A DNA stretch of 64,000 bases from the human T2T-CHM13v2.0 reference genome, Homo sapiens, in NCBI RefSeq assembly GCF_009914755.1, contig NC_060925.1. One strand, given 5' to 3'. Made by a program: the position numbers and the translations under genes. The notes below the pieces were generated by a model. It saw nothing but the letters and a program-made list of their open reading frames with translations. It ran no database searches and was not told the DNA's origin. Below, piece by piece: positions 12,901 to 25,832 of this stretch (position 1 is the first letter of the stretch; each line of letters opens with the position of its first letter).

Positions 12901-14811
12901 ATTAAACAGCCAGATTCTCCACACTTGTAAACTATGTACCATGTTGGCCAATTATTAGTAAACTGGCATTTGTTGATTATTAACTGTATTCAAGGTCTTA
13001 GTCTCAAGTTGCAGTAAGGTAGGTAAAAAGAAGTGAAGTCTCCAAAAATAAAACCTAGGTAAGGAGCCCAGACATATGTCTATATTTACACATACAGACA
13101 TGACACTTCCAGAAACCATGCATCTGCATATTTAGTCATGGGTACCAACATACACACCACACTCCACGAAAATCAATGGCACATGTAGAATCCTCCAGTC
13201 CCATTAGTACAGCTATCCTTATAATGGGACAATCCCTGAAGTCATAAAATAGTATCTCAATTGCTCTTGCTCATACAAACGATGGAAGCAATCCTGAAGT
13301 AATGATTTGACTTCCCATGTTGTTTGATAATAGAGGCTAATGCACAGATGATAGAACACATGGACTTTGCGCAAACTGCTTCTAATGAGAGTTATTTCTC
13401 AAGATAAATTCATAAATTGTTACACTGATGCCTAATTTTAATACCCTATATAAAGAATTTTAGCTAACATAGGTCTACATTTCAGGCCCTGATCACTCCT
13501 GGGTACTATCAAAAAAATCTCTTAACTTTCTGTCTCTCTCTCTCTTCCTTTCTCTCTCATACACGCATAACATGTGCATACTAAGTCCTATAATGTTTAT
13601 GGAAAAGTTCGAAATGGGGTTACTGGAACACAAAGTTCAGATCATGATGTGCTCCCATATTAAATTCAATAGCAAAAGAAAAGGCTAGTCAGGAAACTGG
13701 CTGGATCCTAGGCCAGAAAAGAGTAACCGGTGACAACTCAACAAAGCTCTGTCTTGGTTTTCAAGGGTCATCCCCATCCAAACAATCTGGCCACTAGATC
13801 CCATTTTGATTATATCTTGTGAAGACACATGGTACAGCAGGAAAAGTGCTGGAATAGTTAAACCCCTGAGTTCCAATTCAGACTCTGCCACTGAACTTAA
13901 TGCATCCTTAGTCGAGTCATTTTGCCTCATAATCTAGTACAGAAACATAAAAATAATGTCTTGAGTATGGAATAATGGGGTTCCTACTGTACTGTAGAAA
14001 CATAGATGAGGACTTGACTAGCTTTTCCTAGCCACATTCAGCCAGCAAAATGAACATTACTATTTTCCTTACCATCTAATCATTCCTATGTGCTCTTTTA
14101 ACCAGTCACATCACAATCATAATCCCCAAGGAACAATATGTGATGTGAATAACACTTTTTCAGTTAGTAAAGCACTTTCATGGTGATCCTCCACAAATCA
14201 ATGGGTTTGACATGCCTATTTGCTGATGAAAAAACTGAGGCCCACAACAGCAAAGCAACTCATCAGTCATATTGAAACAGTAAACCTGAGTTCCATATGG
14301 TAAATTTCTTTTGACTCCCTTCAGTGCCCAGCGTGAAGCTCTGCACTCAGTGGAATTGAGTGCCATGTCTTCTGCCTGGATGTGCTCTTTTGCACAGGAC
14401 TATTAAGATTATTAAGGCCATTAAGACCAATCTATTGATTTCATATTCCCCCTGAAGGGGTAATCATATGGCAGGGGTCAATTTTGTATTGAGGAGTGGG
14501 GAGGGCATAGCACCTGCTGCATAGAAAGACAGCATGATATTTGCCAGGGAAATTCAGTTATCACTGAGATGGGTGGGAACCCAGGAAACAAGATGAGAAT
14601 TAATGTCAACTGGAATACCAATTTTCCTGAAACAATAAATACCTTTTCCAAAACTTTGGACCTACAGCAGGCCTACATCTTCAGGTTTCACATGGAAAGC
14701 CTCAAACTGAAGATGACAGTTAGAGGGCTGTGGTGAACAAAAATTATAAATGAAATTATAACATGTCCTAAGAGGCCAAATGACAGAGTCTAGAAAAAGT
14801 CAGTGTATTTA

Positions 14812-15000
14812 GCAGGGTAGTGTGAAAAGAGCAAAGGCTTTGGAGCTAGGCAGATTTAAGCTGGAATCCTAATTCTTTCACTTACTAGCTTTGTGACTTT
14901 GAGCAAATGACTTCACACCCCTGAACCTCAGGTTCCTCATCAATATAATGCATATTATAATAAATGTTTATTATACACATGCATTAGAGATAATGTCCTC
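14812..15000 (+). mobile_element. MIR SINE
   Basis: 'aagagcaaaggctttggagctagg...cacttactagctttgtgactttgagcaaatgactt...ctgaacctcaggttcctcatc'. Confidence 0.85.
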
Positions 15001-15109
15001 TGTAAAAGAGCAGAGCAGAAATGTCAAGTGTACATGTTACTTAAATTTGGTGCTCATTAATAGTACCTAACAGTAATACAGTATCCTATATAGTTTTAAG
15101 GTCAATTCC

Positions 15110-15565
15110 TAGCAGTTAATTTCAATGATGTCATCCCAGCTCTGCATGCGGAATTCAAGTCTCCCTCTTAGGGTTCCATTACCCCTTGCACAGAATTCTG
15201 ATCTTGTACTTACCACGCCATATAGTAATTATGACAACTCTGTGTCTGTTTCATTCAGCACTATATTCTTAGGGCTTGACACAGGGTAGATACCCAGCAA
15301 ATGTTAGGTAAATAAATGAATAATGTATTCCCTAATAGAATACAAACCTGTCAAGAATGGGAACTAGGTCTCATTCTCAAATTTAATCTTTATGAGAACA
15401 AGGACCATTCCTGCTTTGTGCCTTGATCACTGCTGAAACACTAGTAACTAGGACAGTTACTGGGGTTAAGTGAGCTGAGCCTATTTTTCCAGCAGCCAGT
15501 TCAGGACCTGAAACAGAGTGAATGCTCTGTGAATGTTTGTCGAATGAATTAATAAATGAATGAAT
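15110..15565 (+). mobile_element. L2 3' end relics (two tails)
   Basis: 'cagcaaatgttaggtaaataaatgaat' near 15300 and 'gtgaatgtttgtcgaatgaattaataaatgaatgaat' near 15540. Confidence 0.6.
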
Positions 15566-16457
15566 ATAATCTTTAATTAGTCTTGTCACTAAAGTAGGTA
15601 AAGATTCATCCACTTGGGGTGACTAGAGAACGGTCAGTAATTACTGGGTACATCTTGGTTAGAGATGGTATCAAAGCTGCATAGTTCCATCAAGATGAAG
15701 GCAAATCTTGGATGTCAGAGCTACAAAAATCCATAAAGACTATCCAGTCATCTTATGCTAGTACAACTCGCTTATGCTTTTTTAATTTTTCTCATAAATT
15801 GAGGCTTTCATTATTATTTCCATAATGCTAAGAGTACTGGGAAACCATTAAAGCATTTTAAACAGATTTTCATTTTCCAAGACCAATCTGGTTGCAGTAT
15901 TAATAATAGTTTGGAGGTCAACACAACCTGAATGCAAGTAACCAGTAAGGAGGCTATTGCAGTAGCTCAATGAGGAATGATAGTAACTTAAATACCAGTG
16001 GAGATAGTGAGAAATGTACAGATTCAAGAGCCAAAGGATACAAAATCAACTGGACATAGTAATGAATTATATATAGGGGGTTATAAAAGAAAAAAATGGG
16101 TTAGAAATATCAGTGGCATTATTCTGTTTTTGTTTGTCTCCCCTACTGGAACTGACTTTTTAAAAAATAGTAGTTCTGTCAAATTGGTTTTGGTATTCCT
16201 GGTGCCTCATACTGGGCCTTGAACATAGAAGATACTTGGTGAAAGTTTGCGGAAAGAATGCACAAATCATTGCACAGCAAGCAGAGGACAAAAGGAGCAA
16301 TATTCAGAAGTCAACACTAGCAAGGGAGAGGCCAACAGGTCTGTAACTACTTGGCTGCAATTTATAGGAAGAACCAGCAGATTCAAGACAATACTAGATA
16401 GACTATTAAGGAAAAGCTATGACACAGAGAAACAGACAGACATAAGGCATAATGTGA

Positions 16458-17070
<613 letters not shown>

Positions 17071-17164
17071 ATATTAGGTATCAACCAATATATGAGGTCA
17101 AAACAAGAAGAAAAATAATAATAGCAATAACTGTCATTTATCTGGCCCCTGCTAAATAATAGTC

Positions 17165-17295
17165 TCTTTCCAACAACCATTTTACAGATGGGAAGAGTGA
17201 GGCTCAGAAAGGTTAAATCATCTTCTGATAGTAAGTGGAAAATTTGACACCAGGTCTGTCTGAACTTCAAGGCCCATGCTATACTGCTAACTTTA
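17165..17295 (-). mobile_element. MIR SINE
   Basis: 'ccattttacagatgggaagagtgaggctcagaaaggttaa...caggtctgtctgaacttcaaggcccatgct'. Confidence 0.8.
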
Positions 17296-18134
17296 CTGAA
17301 TTATTGAATTGGGTCTCCATTTAGTCCCTGATCAACCATGGCCTTGGTATATCTAGTACAGAAGATACTGATCCAGAAGATGGGAATCAAATTGCCCAAG
17401 TAAAAGCATAGGAGCTTGAGAAGGGGGTGGCAACAAGGAGCCAGACAGAATCTGGTACCCTGCACAGATGCACCATACATCCATATACTCCATGAACCAA
17501 GAGCATTGTGAGCCACATACATGGGACATGCACCCTGTAATTCATTCTGGAAAATGGATAATTATAGGAGGTTGTCAGATTCAATAGGCAAATGCTGGGG
17601 AAATCAAAACAACAAATTATGTGAGAGCTGATATTTGTTCAGGCAGACATCTGTCTTCTGTTAGAGAATTTAGGGATGTTTTTCAACACAATGTTTTAAA
17701 TATGGCTTGGAAAAACCTCTCCTCAGCATGGTCTGCATGATAGAGCCAAATTCCTGTTTCCAGTGGGTCTTTTCACACTCACAGAGGGCTGGTTCCCACA
17801 GTCATGGTGGAGGCAGGGAGGGACAAGGACATATTTAGGCTGAGATCCCTCTACCCAGACAAACCAAGCTGTCCTCCTCCTCAAAATGCACTTTCTGCTC
17901 CTGTAAGGCCACGATCCACACCACCTCCACATGTGCCCAATTCATTCCTACCTCCGCAGCCTTGTACACTCTGTTCCCATGGATGGCCTCCTTCCTTCTC
18001 TCTGTCTCTCCAAACTCATCCTTAAACATTGAGGTTCTTCAGAAAACCATCCCACACTACTCCAGACCACCCCCAACCTGGGTTCCAACACTTGGCATCA
18101 GAGCTGCATTGTCTAGAACTTGATCATCTACTGC

Positions 18135-18340
18135 AGCTTTGGAGTAAGAGAAGAGAATGGTGCATTCAGTCAGAAGAATGAATCCTCAGCCACAGCTCTA
18201 CTACCTCCTGGCTGTGGGGACTTGGGCAAAATCCCAATATCTCTGTGAACCTCAGTTACCTCATCTATAAAATAAAAATACTAATATCTACTCATAGGGG
18301 TATTGCCTAGGTTAAATGAGATAATGCATTTAAAGCAGCA
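18135..18340 (+). mobile_element. MIR SINE
   Basis: 'ggctgtggggacttgggcaaa...tctctgtgaacctcagttacctcatctataaaat...ggttaaatgagataatgcatttaaagca'. Confidence 0.85.
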
Positions 18341-21300
18341 CTCAAGATAAAATTTTCATGTGCTGCCTAGTGAACTCATCCAAGTGTGTCTCATCTCCCT
18401 GGGAGCAAGAATTATGATGCACTCTTCTTCACTTCCTCAGAATAACAACCTGCTTAGTTGTAGTTGATTCTTTTTCTCTATATCCCCACATGTAAGACAA
18501 GCCAGTGAGAAGCTCCAAACCAATGAAGGCCCTGGGTCAGTGCCATCATAAATCTGGTTTTGCCTGTTCTCCTTAAAGGGATTTCTAAAGATGCTGGGGA
18601 GAGAACTGCACAAAAGATGAGGAATAACAGAAGAATAGAGGACAACAGAAAACAGGAGTTGTGGTTTTCCCTGGGAAAATTTAGGAATTCAAATCACAGT
18701 GGTAGTCAGCAGGACGTAGGCAGTGGTATCTGGTGGATCTTAGCCGCTGAGGCATACGACTAACTGCTCCAGATGGCTACAGTAAGCAGGGGTGAGAATA
18801 GAAGAATTGGACAAAAAATCCTGGGCATATTAGACCAGTTTCTAGGGTATTACTGGAATCCCACCCTAAGTGAGACAGGGGCAGAAGACCAAGTGAAGAA
18901 TGACCATCCTTAGAAGTGGATCCTGAAAGATAGCACAAAATTATACTAAATTGCAGAGTTCCAAAAAGAACAGACCCTTTCTCTCCAAGGTTCCCTTCCT
19001 TAGCATTTTGTTTCTACAATAAAAGTATAAACTATAAATTCTACCATTCATAGGCTAGGATTTGGTTCATATGGTACCTTGTACCTACCACAGGGTAAGT
19101 GCTTGATATGCTGACCTACCTTGAATCAATCTTTAACGGAAATATCCATAATCTGGAGTGAGGTAGGCCTGCCCTGCCACTTGGTAACAATTTGGTCTTT
19201 AGCCACTTAATCTCCCTGAATGTTAGTTTCCTTATCTGTTTAATTGGGCTAATAACATGCCTTGCCCTGGTTACTTCAATTGATAGTAGAAGCTTGACAT
19301 GAAATAGTGGATGCAAAAGTGATTTATAAACTGTGAAACATTAGAAAGATTATTTTTATTCATTGTATTTTATCTTTCTAATGAGGCTATAAATCCCAGT
19401 GGGTATAAGCTGTTTTTTTTTTCATCATCCAGTCCTTGTCTCCTAGGGGTAAAAAAGAGGAGATCATTATTATTTGAGCTGCCTTATATCAGGCACTGTG
19501 CTAGGCACCTTACATATCTCATATAATTTTATTTAGTTCTCCTAACAACTTCATTCATTTTTCCTGTAGACCTGACTGCCTTCCAAGAAATAACAGATAT
19601 TCAGTAAATACTTTCAAGATTGAAATACCATAGTTCCATTTTTCACACTTTGGGGTTTGAATGATGCCATTAAAGAATATAAGTGCTATGAAGGGTAATA
19701 AGTGCTAATAAGTGACAAAATGGCAATTTCACCAAGAAAGAAGAGTCCCTTCCTAAACATAATCCTGTCTTCTATTCTACTAAAAAGTGTCAAATTCCTG
19801 CTCTTAAATCTAATCAAATGTAGTGAGTGATTCTTCTGTCCCAAGAAGTCTCCTGGCCAGAAGATGATGTTTTTCCTTATATTCACATTCAATCCTAAGG
19901 ATTACAAAGAAATGTAGACATTCCCTCTGTATCCCAGACGGAATTCGAGGAGAGACTGTAGTTTGCTTAGCACATGTGTATATTAAAAACTGACCTCTAC
20001 TTTTAATTTTGCACTAATCAGAATCAGAAATGATTCTGCCACCTTCTAGTTCTGTTTGAGAATCTTTGACATGACTTTACTGGCCTGGCCTTTCTCATTT
20101 CCCCCTCCATCTCAGGGGAATTACCGTAGCAATTGGTCTCTTCATTGCCCATAAATGTGCCTTGCTCATACCAAGGGTCTTGGAATTGCCTCCTAACTGT
20201 TCTTCTTGCCTCTCTTTGGCCTATCACAACCCATAGTCACAAAAGTGCTATTTCTAATAATCCAGTCTGATCATGCTGCCTCTCCACTTCCAAAGCTCCT
20301 CATCATCTATGAGGTGAAGTCCAAATGTCTTCATACTTTAAGCTTTCCTATCCCTACCTCCACCCACACAATAGATGCATACATACCTATATAACAATGT
20401 TACATGTTTCACTTTTATTTACCCACTTGTGGTTTTCTGAATCTTTCTTGCTCTCTCACTTTCAGGCTGTAAATAAACTGAAAAATAGCCTGCCCTATTA
20501 TTTGTTTAGATAGCTCTTATATTACTCCAAGAGTCAACTCAAACACTGTCATCTCAAAGAAGACTTCCTTGACCTGACCACTCCATGTGGTCACTGGCCA
20601 CTCCATGTGGTAGACCTTTGGCTTTTGACAGATATAAGACCTGAACAAAATCCCAACATTAAAATATAGACTATCTACCTGAATTACTTCATTACATATG
20701 AAGTGATTACATATGAAACTGAGGCCCAGAAAGGTGAAGGTTTCTCAAGGCTGGGACTGGAACCCAAATCTTTTGATCTTTAGCAATTATTCCAAACATT
20801 AAAGATAAATAAAAGAAGAAAAAAACTAACATTTACAAGGTGCCAGATGTAGAACTCACTCTCATACATACTGACCCTCTGATATACTTGCCTTAACCAT
20901 TTTGCTCTTGTCACTGTTCTACAGAGGAGACCAAGTCTCTAAGAGTCCAAGGTCCCCAAGCTAAGTGAGGGTAGAATTGGGATTTCATACATGTCTCTGC
21001 CTCTAAATACAGTGCTTCCCCTTTAATTAGAGTATGTTTTTATCTCACTTGAACCACTCAAGACTGTTTTAATCACTATAGGAAGAACAATGCAAGAATG
21101 TGGGGAAAAGCAGATTTACACCAAATATAGTGTACATTGGCAAATTGATTCTGCCCTCAGCACACTGAATGTACATCTCTAAATGGAGAGCTGAGCATAA
21201 ATGAGGAAAAGTACCGTCAACAGATGCAATCTGTGTTTGCAAAACCACTCTTACCCTAGTTCCCACAGACATGATTGCAAATGTCATATACAGGTTGCCA

Positions 21301-21461
21301 GGAACCCCGATACTAATTAGGGCAAAGATGTCTCTCCCTAGACAAAGTCAGGTGCCATTGCTATGTCATTTAAGAATGACTTTTGACCTTATATGATAGA
21401 TTTCTGCAAAGGCTTACATTGAAATGTCAGTATTTCTATAAAATTACATCACATTTGTGCA

Positions 21462-21665
21462 GTATAGAGGATAAGAACATGGGTTTTTGCAATCAGGCAC
21501 AAGAGGCTCTGCCAATTTTGGCTTGCCACTTACTAAGTGTGTGACCTTGGCATCTATGAGCCTCAATGTCCTCATATGAAAGATACGGACAATGAAAATG
21601 TCCTATAAAATTGCCATGAGATTTAAACATGGTGTTGGAGGCAAAGTACTTAGCACAGGGCACAA
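21462..21665 (+). mobile_element. MIR SINE
   Basis: 'gccacttactaagtgtgtgaccttggcatctatgagcctcaatgtcctcatatgaaa...aaagtacttagcacaggg'. Confidence 0.8.
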
Positions 21666-21724
21666 TTTGTGATGAATCTCTCCCCTTTATCTCCTTCTGC
21701 CAATTTTAATGTCCCTCCAAGTGT

Positions 21725-21890
21725 TTTCATATGTATTTGATCCCCACAATAATCGTTGGCATTAAACAGGACAGATGCTGTTTTCCCATTTTACAGAGAC
21801 TCAGGAATTCTATATGTTTTGCTTGGAAGCACCCAGCTGATAATTATGTGACAGAACTGGGAACCAAACCCGGGTTTTCTTAGTCCATAT
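21725..21890 (-). mobile_element. MIR SINE
   Basis: 'tttgatccccacaat...cccattttacagagactcagg...gacagaactgggaacc'. Confidence 0.65.
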
Positions 21891-23084
21891 TGTGTTCCAT
21901 AGGCTCTGTGGAGATGCCCGTAAGTAAGACAGACCAGGTCTCTGTCCCCATAGAAAATCCACTTGACATAACAGATTCTACAGAAAAGGGCACAGGAAAT
22001 AACCATAGATGGCAGAAATGCCTTGCCAGAGACGTTATAAACAGGCCAGCTACAAGCAAAGCATCACAACTCTTGTGTAAATCCCCTGGCTGCTGAACAG
22101 GGATCCACAAAACTCTGGCTGGAGGTGATACCACTTGTCCATAGTTAACGATGTGCCAAAGGACCAGTTAGATGTCACCACAAGAATACAACAAACCCTC
22201 CTTCCCTTTCACCACCCTCAGAATAGGCTGTGATGTTACTTTAGAAATGTTTCAATGTGTCTATAGAGCTATTTTAGCATTCTCTTAGTTATACCAATCA
22301 ACACTTCAAAACAAGAGAAACTTGGACATATGTTCTTCCTGATCATGCCTCACATTGAACTAAAACAGTCTTAACACATTAAAAACACGAAGGAAGTTCT
22401 TGCTACTTCCCCCTCACACCTCCCTGCTTCATGACCCAGTTTAGGGACTCATTTTACTTGGCTTATGCAATACTCTGCCTAGTTCCCCGCCCTCGCATCT
22501 CTTTTCTTCCCAGAACTGGTGGTCCTTGACCCAATCCTATTCTTGCAACTATTTAAGGATCCCTCCTTCAGTAGTAGGAAAATCAGCATCAAAGCAATCT
22601 CAGCTTGTTCTGTGTCCCAATGCCAGGCAATGCCCAGGTGACCAGCCAATTAAAAATGAGTTGTGAACTCTAGCCCTGTGCCCGGGTACTTTCCCTGTAT
22701 CAGAATGAGCTCTCTGTATACACTCCTGCCTCCATCCAGGGTCTCAGCTTCTCCCTCCATTCTTGGACCTGGGACTAGAGTTCCCCGATGCTCCACACCA
22801 TCATAATCTGGGCATAATTTGGCCATTCATCTTATGTCTTTTCTCATCCTTCATAAGAGCTTTGGCAGTAACCAGCTTGTTGAGCAAATGCTCCCCAACA
22901 CCCTGCCTCCCCTATGCATACATATTTCTTCATTCCTATATTCATATGCCCCTCTCCCTAGAATACACCCCATTCAGCCTTTGCTTTCAGAATGCCTAAT
23001 GAATTTATTCTTCAAGGCCAATCTCAAATATGCCCTACCCTGTTATCCTCCAACAATGGGAAAATAAAGCAGGAAAACTGTCAA

Positions 23085-23318
23085 ATGTGGTTAAAAATAT
23101 GAACTTTTAGTAGTCATACTTCCATACTAAAAGTATAAACTTTCGTAGTCTTATAGTCATATTTGTCCCTACCTAGCTTTGTGGTCCTTGGGAAACTCAA
23201 TGAGCCTTTCTGGTCCTCAGTTTTATCACCTGTAAAATGGTGATAATAAAACCAACCCTACATGGTAACAACAATACCAAGCCTGACACATTGCGGGTTC
23301 AATAAATGACAGCTATTG
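23085..23318 (+). mobile_element. MIR SINE
   Basis: 'cctagctttgtggtccttggg...cctcagttttatcacctgtaaaatggtgataataa...ttcaataaatgacagctattg'. Confidence 0.75.
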
Positions 23319-24304
23319 TAATTACAAGAGAGTGTGTACACAAACAGCTGTCAAAAGACTTAGAATGTAATGGGTATCACAGATCCAGAAGGAGGAAAAT
23401 TTACAATTGCTTTTTAGGCTGGAAGCCTTCTTGAAGGACAAACATTTTACTCAGCCCTGGAAGATGGCTGGAATGCCAACATATTATAAAGATAATAGAA
23501 AAACACTCTAGGAAGAAATAATAACATAAGTAAAATCATGCAAGTGGGAAAATGGGCATAACTGGATGGTTGAAACACACAGGTTGACCGAAGCCAACCT
23601 GGGGAGGGGAGGGTAGTCAAGAGACAAATTGCTAGAAATGATTTTGCTGGAGATTAAAACTATGTCATCTACAATGTCCATGAAATGAAGTGAATATAAA
23701 AATTCTTACCACCAGAAAATTTGGAAAATATACCAAATTTCTTTGGCATAGATCCATGAAGAGGTCCAGTGAGAACAATTTGGCTTTAGCCAGCATTCAT
23801 AAAAGGTATGAATAAGATTCAGAATTAAGTACAAAGGGAAAGCTAAAGCACCCTTTTTTTGTTAAGACACAGCAGCCTTTTTGGGGCTTTATTAGAATAT
23901 TCTTGTGCCAGCTGTCTCTTTTCTCCAACTCACATTCACACAATATGCCTCTCTCTTGTTTCTCGTCAGCACTGCACTAGGATACTAATGAGTTTTCGGG
24001 AACAGAAAACCCAATGGAATATTAAAATTGGAAAGAAGAGCTCCTTGAGTTAATTTCACTGAAGTGCATCACAACACACTGCACTGTTGTAAGAATGAAT
24101 ATTCAAATAGGAATCCAGTCATGGGAAAATTAATTAAGGAAAATGTTATTGCTAATATTTCTTTTTATGAATATACATATGCGGAGACACACAACCATCT
24201 ATTGGCTCCACACTGACAATAATAAAAGCCAAACATTTATGAGAGTCAAATGTTCAAGATCTCTTGCTGAGTTGGTGTTAAAAGATTTTAAATAAAAAAA
24301 TTAT

Positions 24305-25330
24305 GATTCCAGAGAATTGTTTCTAAAAGACAAATCATGTCATGTCACTCCTTTGCTTAAAATTCTTCAATGGATCCAAAACATTCTTCAGAATAAAGTC
24401 AAAATCATCAGGGAATTCAAGGCCCTTCACTATGCGGCTCATGCATACTTCCCCTCATTTCACCTACTGCATTCTCCTAAATACATTGTGCTCTTGCAAA
24501 TCTCTGTCTTTGAACATGCTGTTCACATTGTGCGGAATATTCTTTTACCCCTTGATATGGTTTGGCTGTGTCCCCACCCAAATCTCATCTTAAATTGTAA
24601 CTCCCACAATTCTTAGGTGTCGTGGGAGAAACCCAGTGGGAGGTAACTGAATTATGGGGGTGAGTCTTCCCTATACTATTTTCATGATAGTGAATGAGTC
24701 TCACGAGCTATGATGGTTTTAAAAACAGGAGTTTCCCTGCACATGCTCTCTCTTTATCTGCTGCCATCCACGTAAGATGTGACTTGCTCCTCCTTGCCTT
24801 CTGCCATGATTGTGAGTCCCCCCTAGCTATGTAGAACTGTAAGTCCATTAAACTTCTTTCTTTTGTAAATTGCCCAGTCTCAGGTATGTCTTTATCAGCA
24901 GCATGAAAACGGGCTAATACACCCATTTTATCAATTCATTTCTGCAGATGCTGCTCAGTATCATCTCCTCCTTCCTCTGCCAGAGAAAGGGACTCTCCTG
25001 GGCGTTCCCATAGCACACTGAGCTCAGTGTTAGTTAGAAAATGCTGTGCACCTATACAATGCTGGAGATTATGCCAGGCAATTGCACATTTTATTGTCAT
25101 AGACTATTTACTTGGCTGCTCACCCACTAGACAGAATATTTACTGATTAATTAAACAAATAATATGTAACTGTACTATGCTCAGCACTGGGATTCAATGG
25201 TGAACCAAAAAACAGTCCCTGCCCTCAGACAGATTATAGTCTAATTATATACTGCAGACAATTATTACATGTCCTTTGAGTAATAATCTCTATCCCCCTA
25301 GTAGCTGAATAGTTCTTGAATGAACAAATA
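24305..25330 (+). mobile_element. L2 relics (interrupted by a THE1 LTR)
   Basis: 'tttctaaaagacaaatcatgtcatgtcactcctttgcttaaaattcttcaatgg...cagaataaagtcaaaa' is typical L2; L2-like sequence resumes after 24926. Confidence 0.65.
24553..24921 (+). mobile_element. THE1B-like MaLR solo LTR
   Basis: tgatatggtttggctgtgtccccacccaaatctcatctt...gtatgtctttatcagcagcatgaaaacgggctaataca; 5-bp TSD cccct/cccat. Confidence 0.95.
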
Positions 25331-25639
25331 AACAAATGAATAAGTGGGTAGGTAGATAAGGTGCTTCTTACTTGAAAGGAGCAGCACACAGATCTTAGGG
25401 AGCATGAAATTTAAAAGCAACTTGGTACATCAGTAAGACAATTGAATTCAGAATCAAAATACTGATTCCCACTCCCCAGATTTACTAAATGTGTGACTTT
25501 GAGCAAGTCTCTTAACCTCTCTGAGCTTTAATTTTCTAATTCATAAAATATTAATGCCGGTTGGTTTAGAAGGAGTGCAAAGTTTTCACTTTTCTCGTTA
25601 ATATCCAAAGAGTAAAATCAGAAAGAACACAGTGGAAAT

Positions 25640-25832
25640 ACTATTCCAGGGGGTCATAGGTTTTATGGCCAACTCTGATCAACTGGCAGTTGCTTTCTAG
25701 AGCACTATGTTGAGAAGGTTTCTGAGACAGAATCCAGATTCAGCAGGAAGAAGTACTGTGATCAATTAGCAATGTCTGCCCAGAAGGAAAGAGGAGGGTA
25801 GCTATGCATGTAGCCAGGTATTTGTTACCACA
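25640..25832. mobile_element. hAT-Charlie DNA transposon relic (MER102-like)
   Basis: 'ctctgatcaactggcagttgctttctagagcactatgttgagaaggtttctgag...tgtgatcaattagcaatgtctgcc' resembles recalled MER102. Confidence 0.55.
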
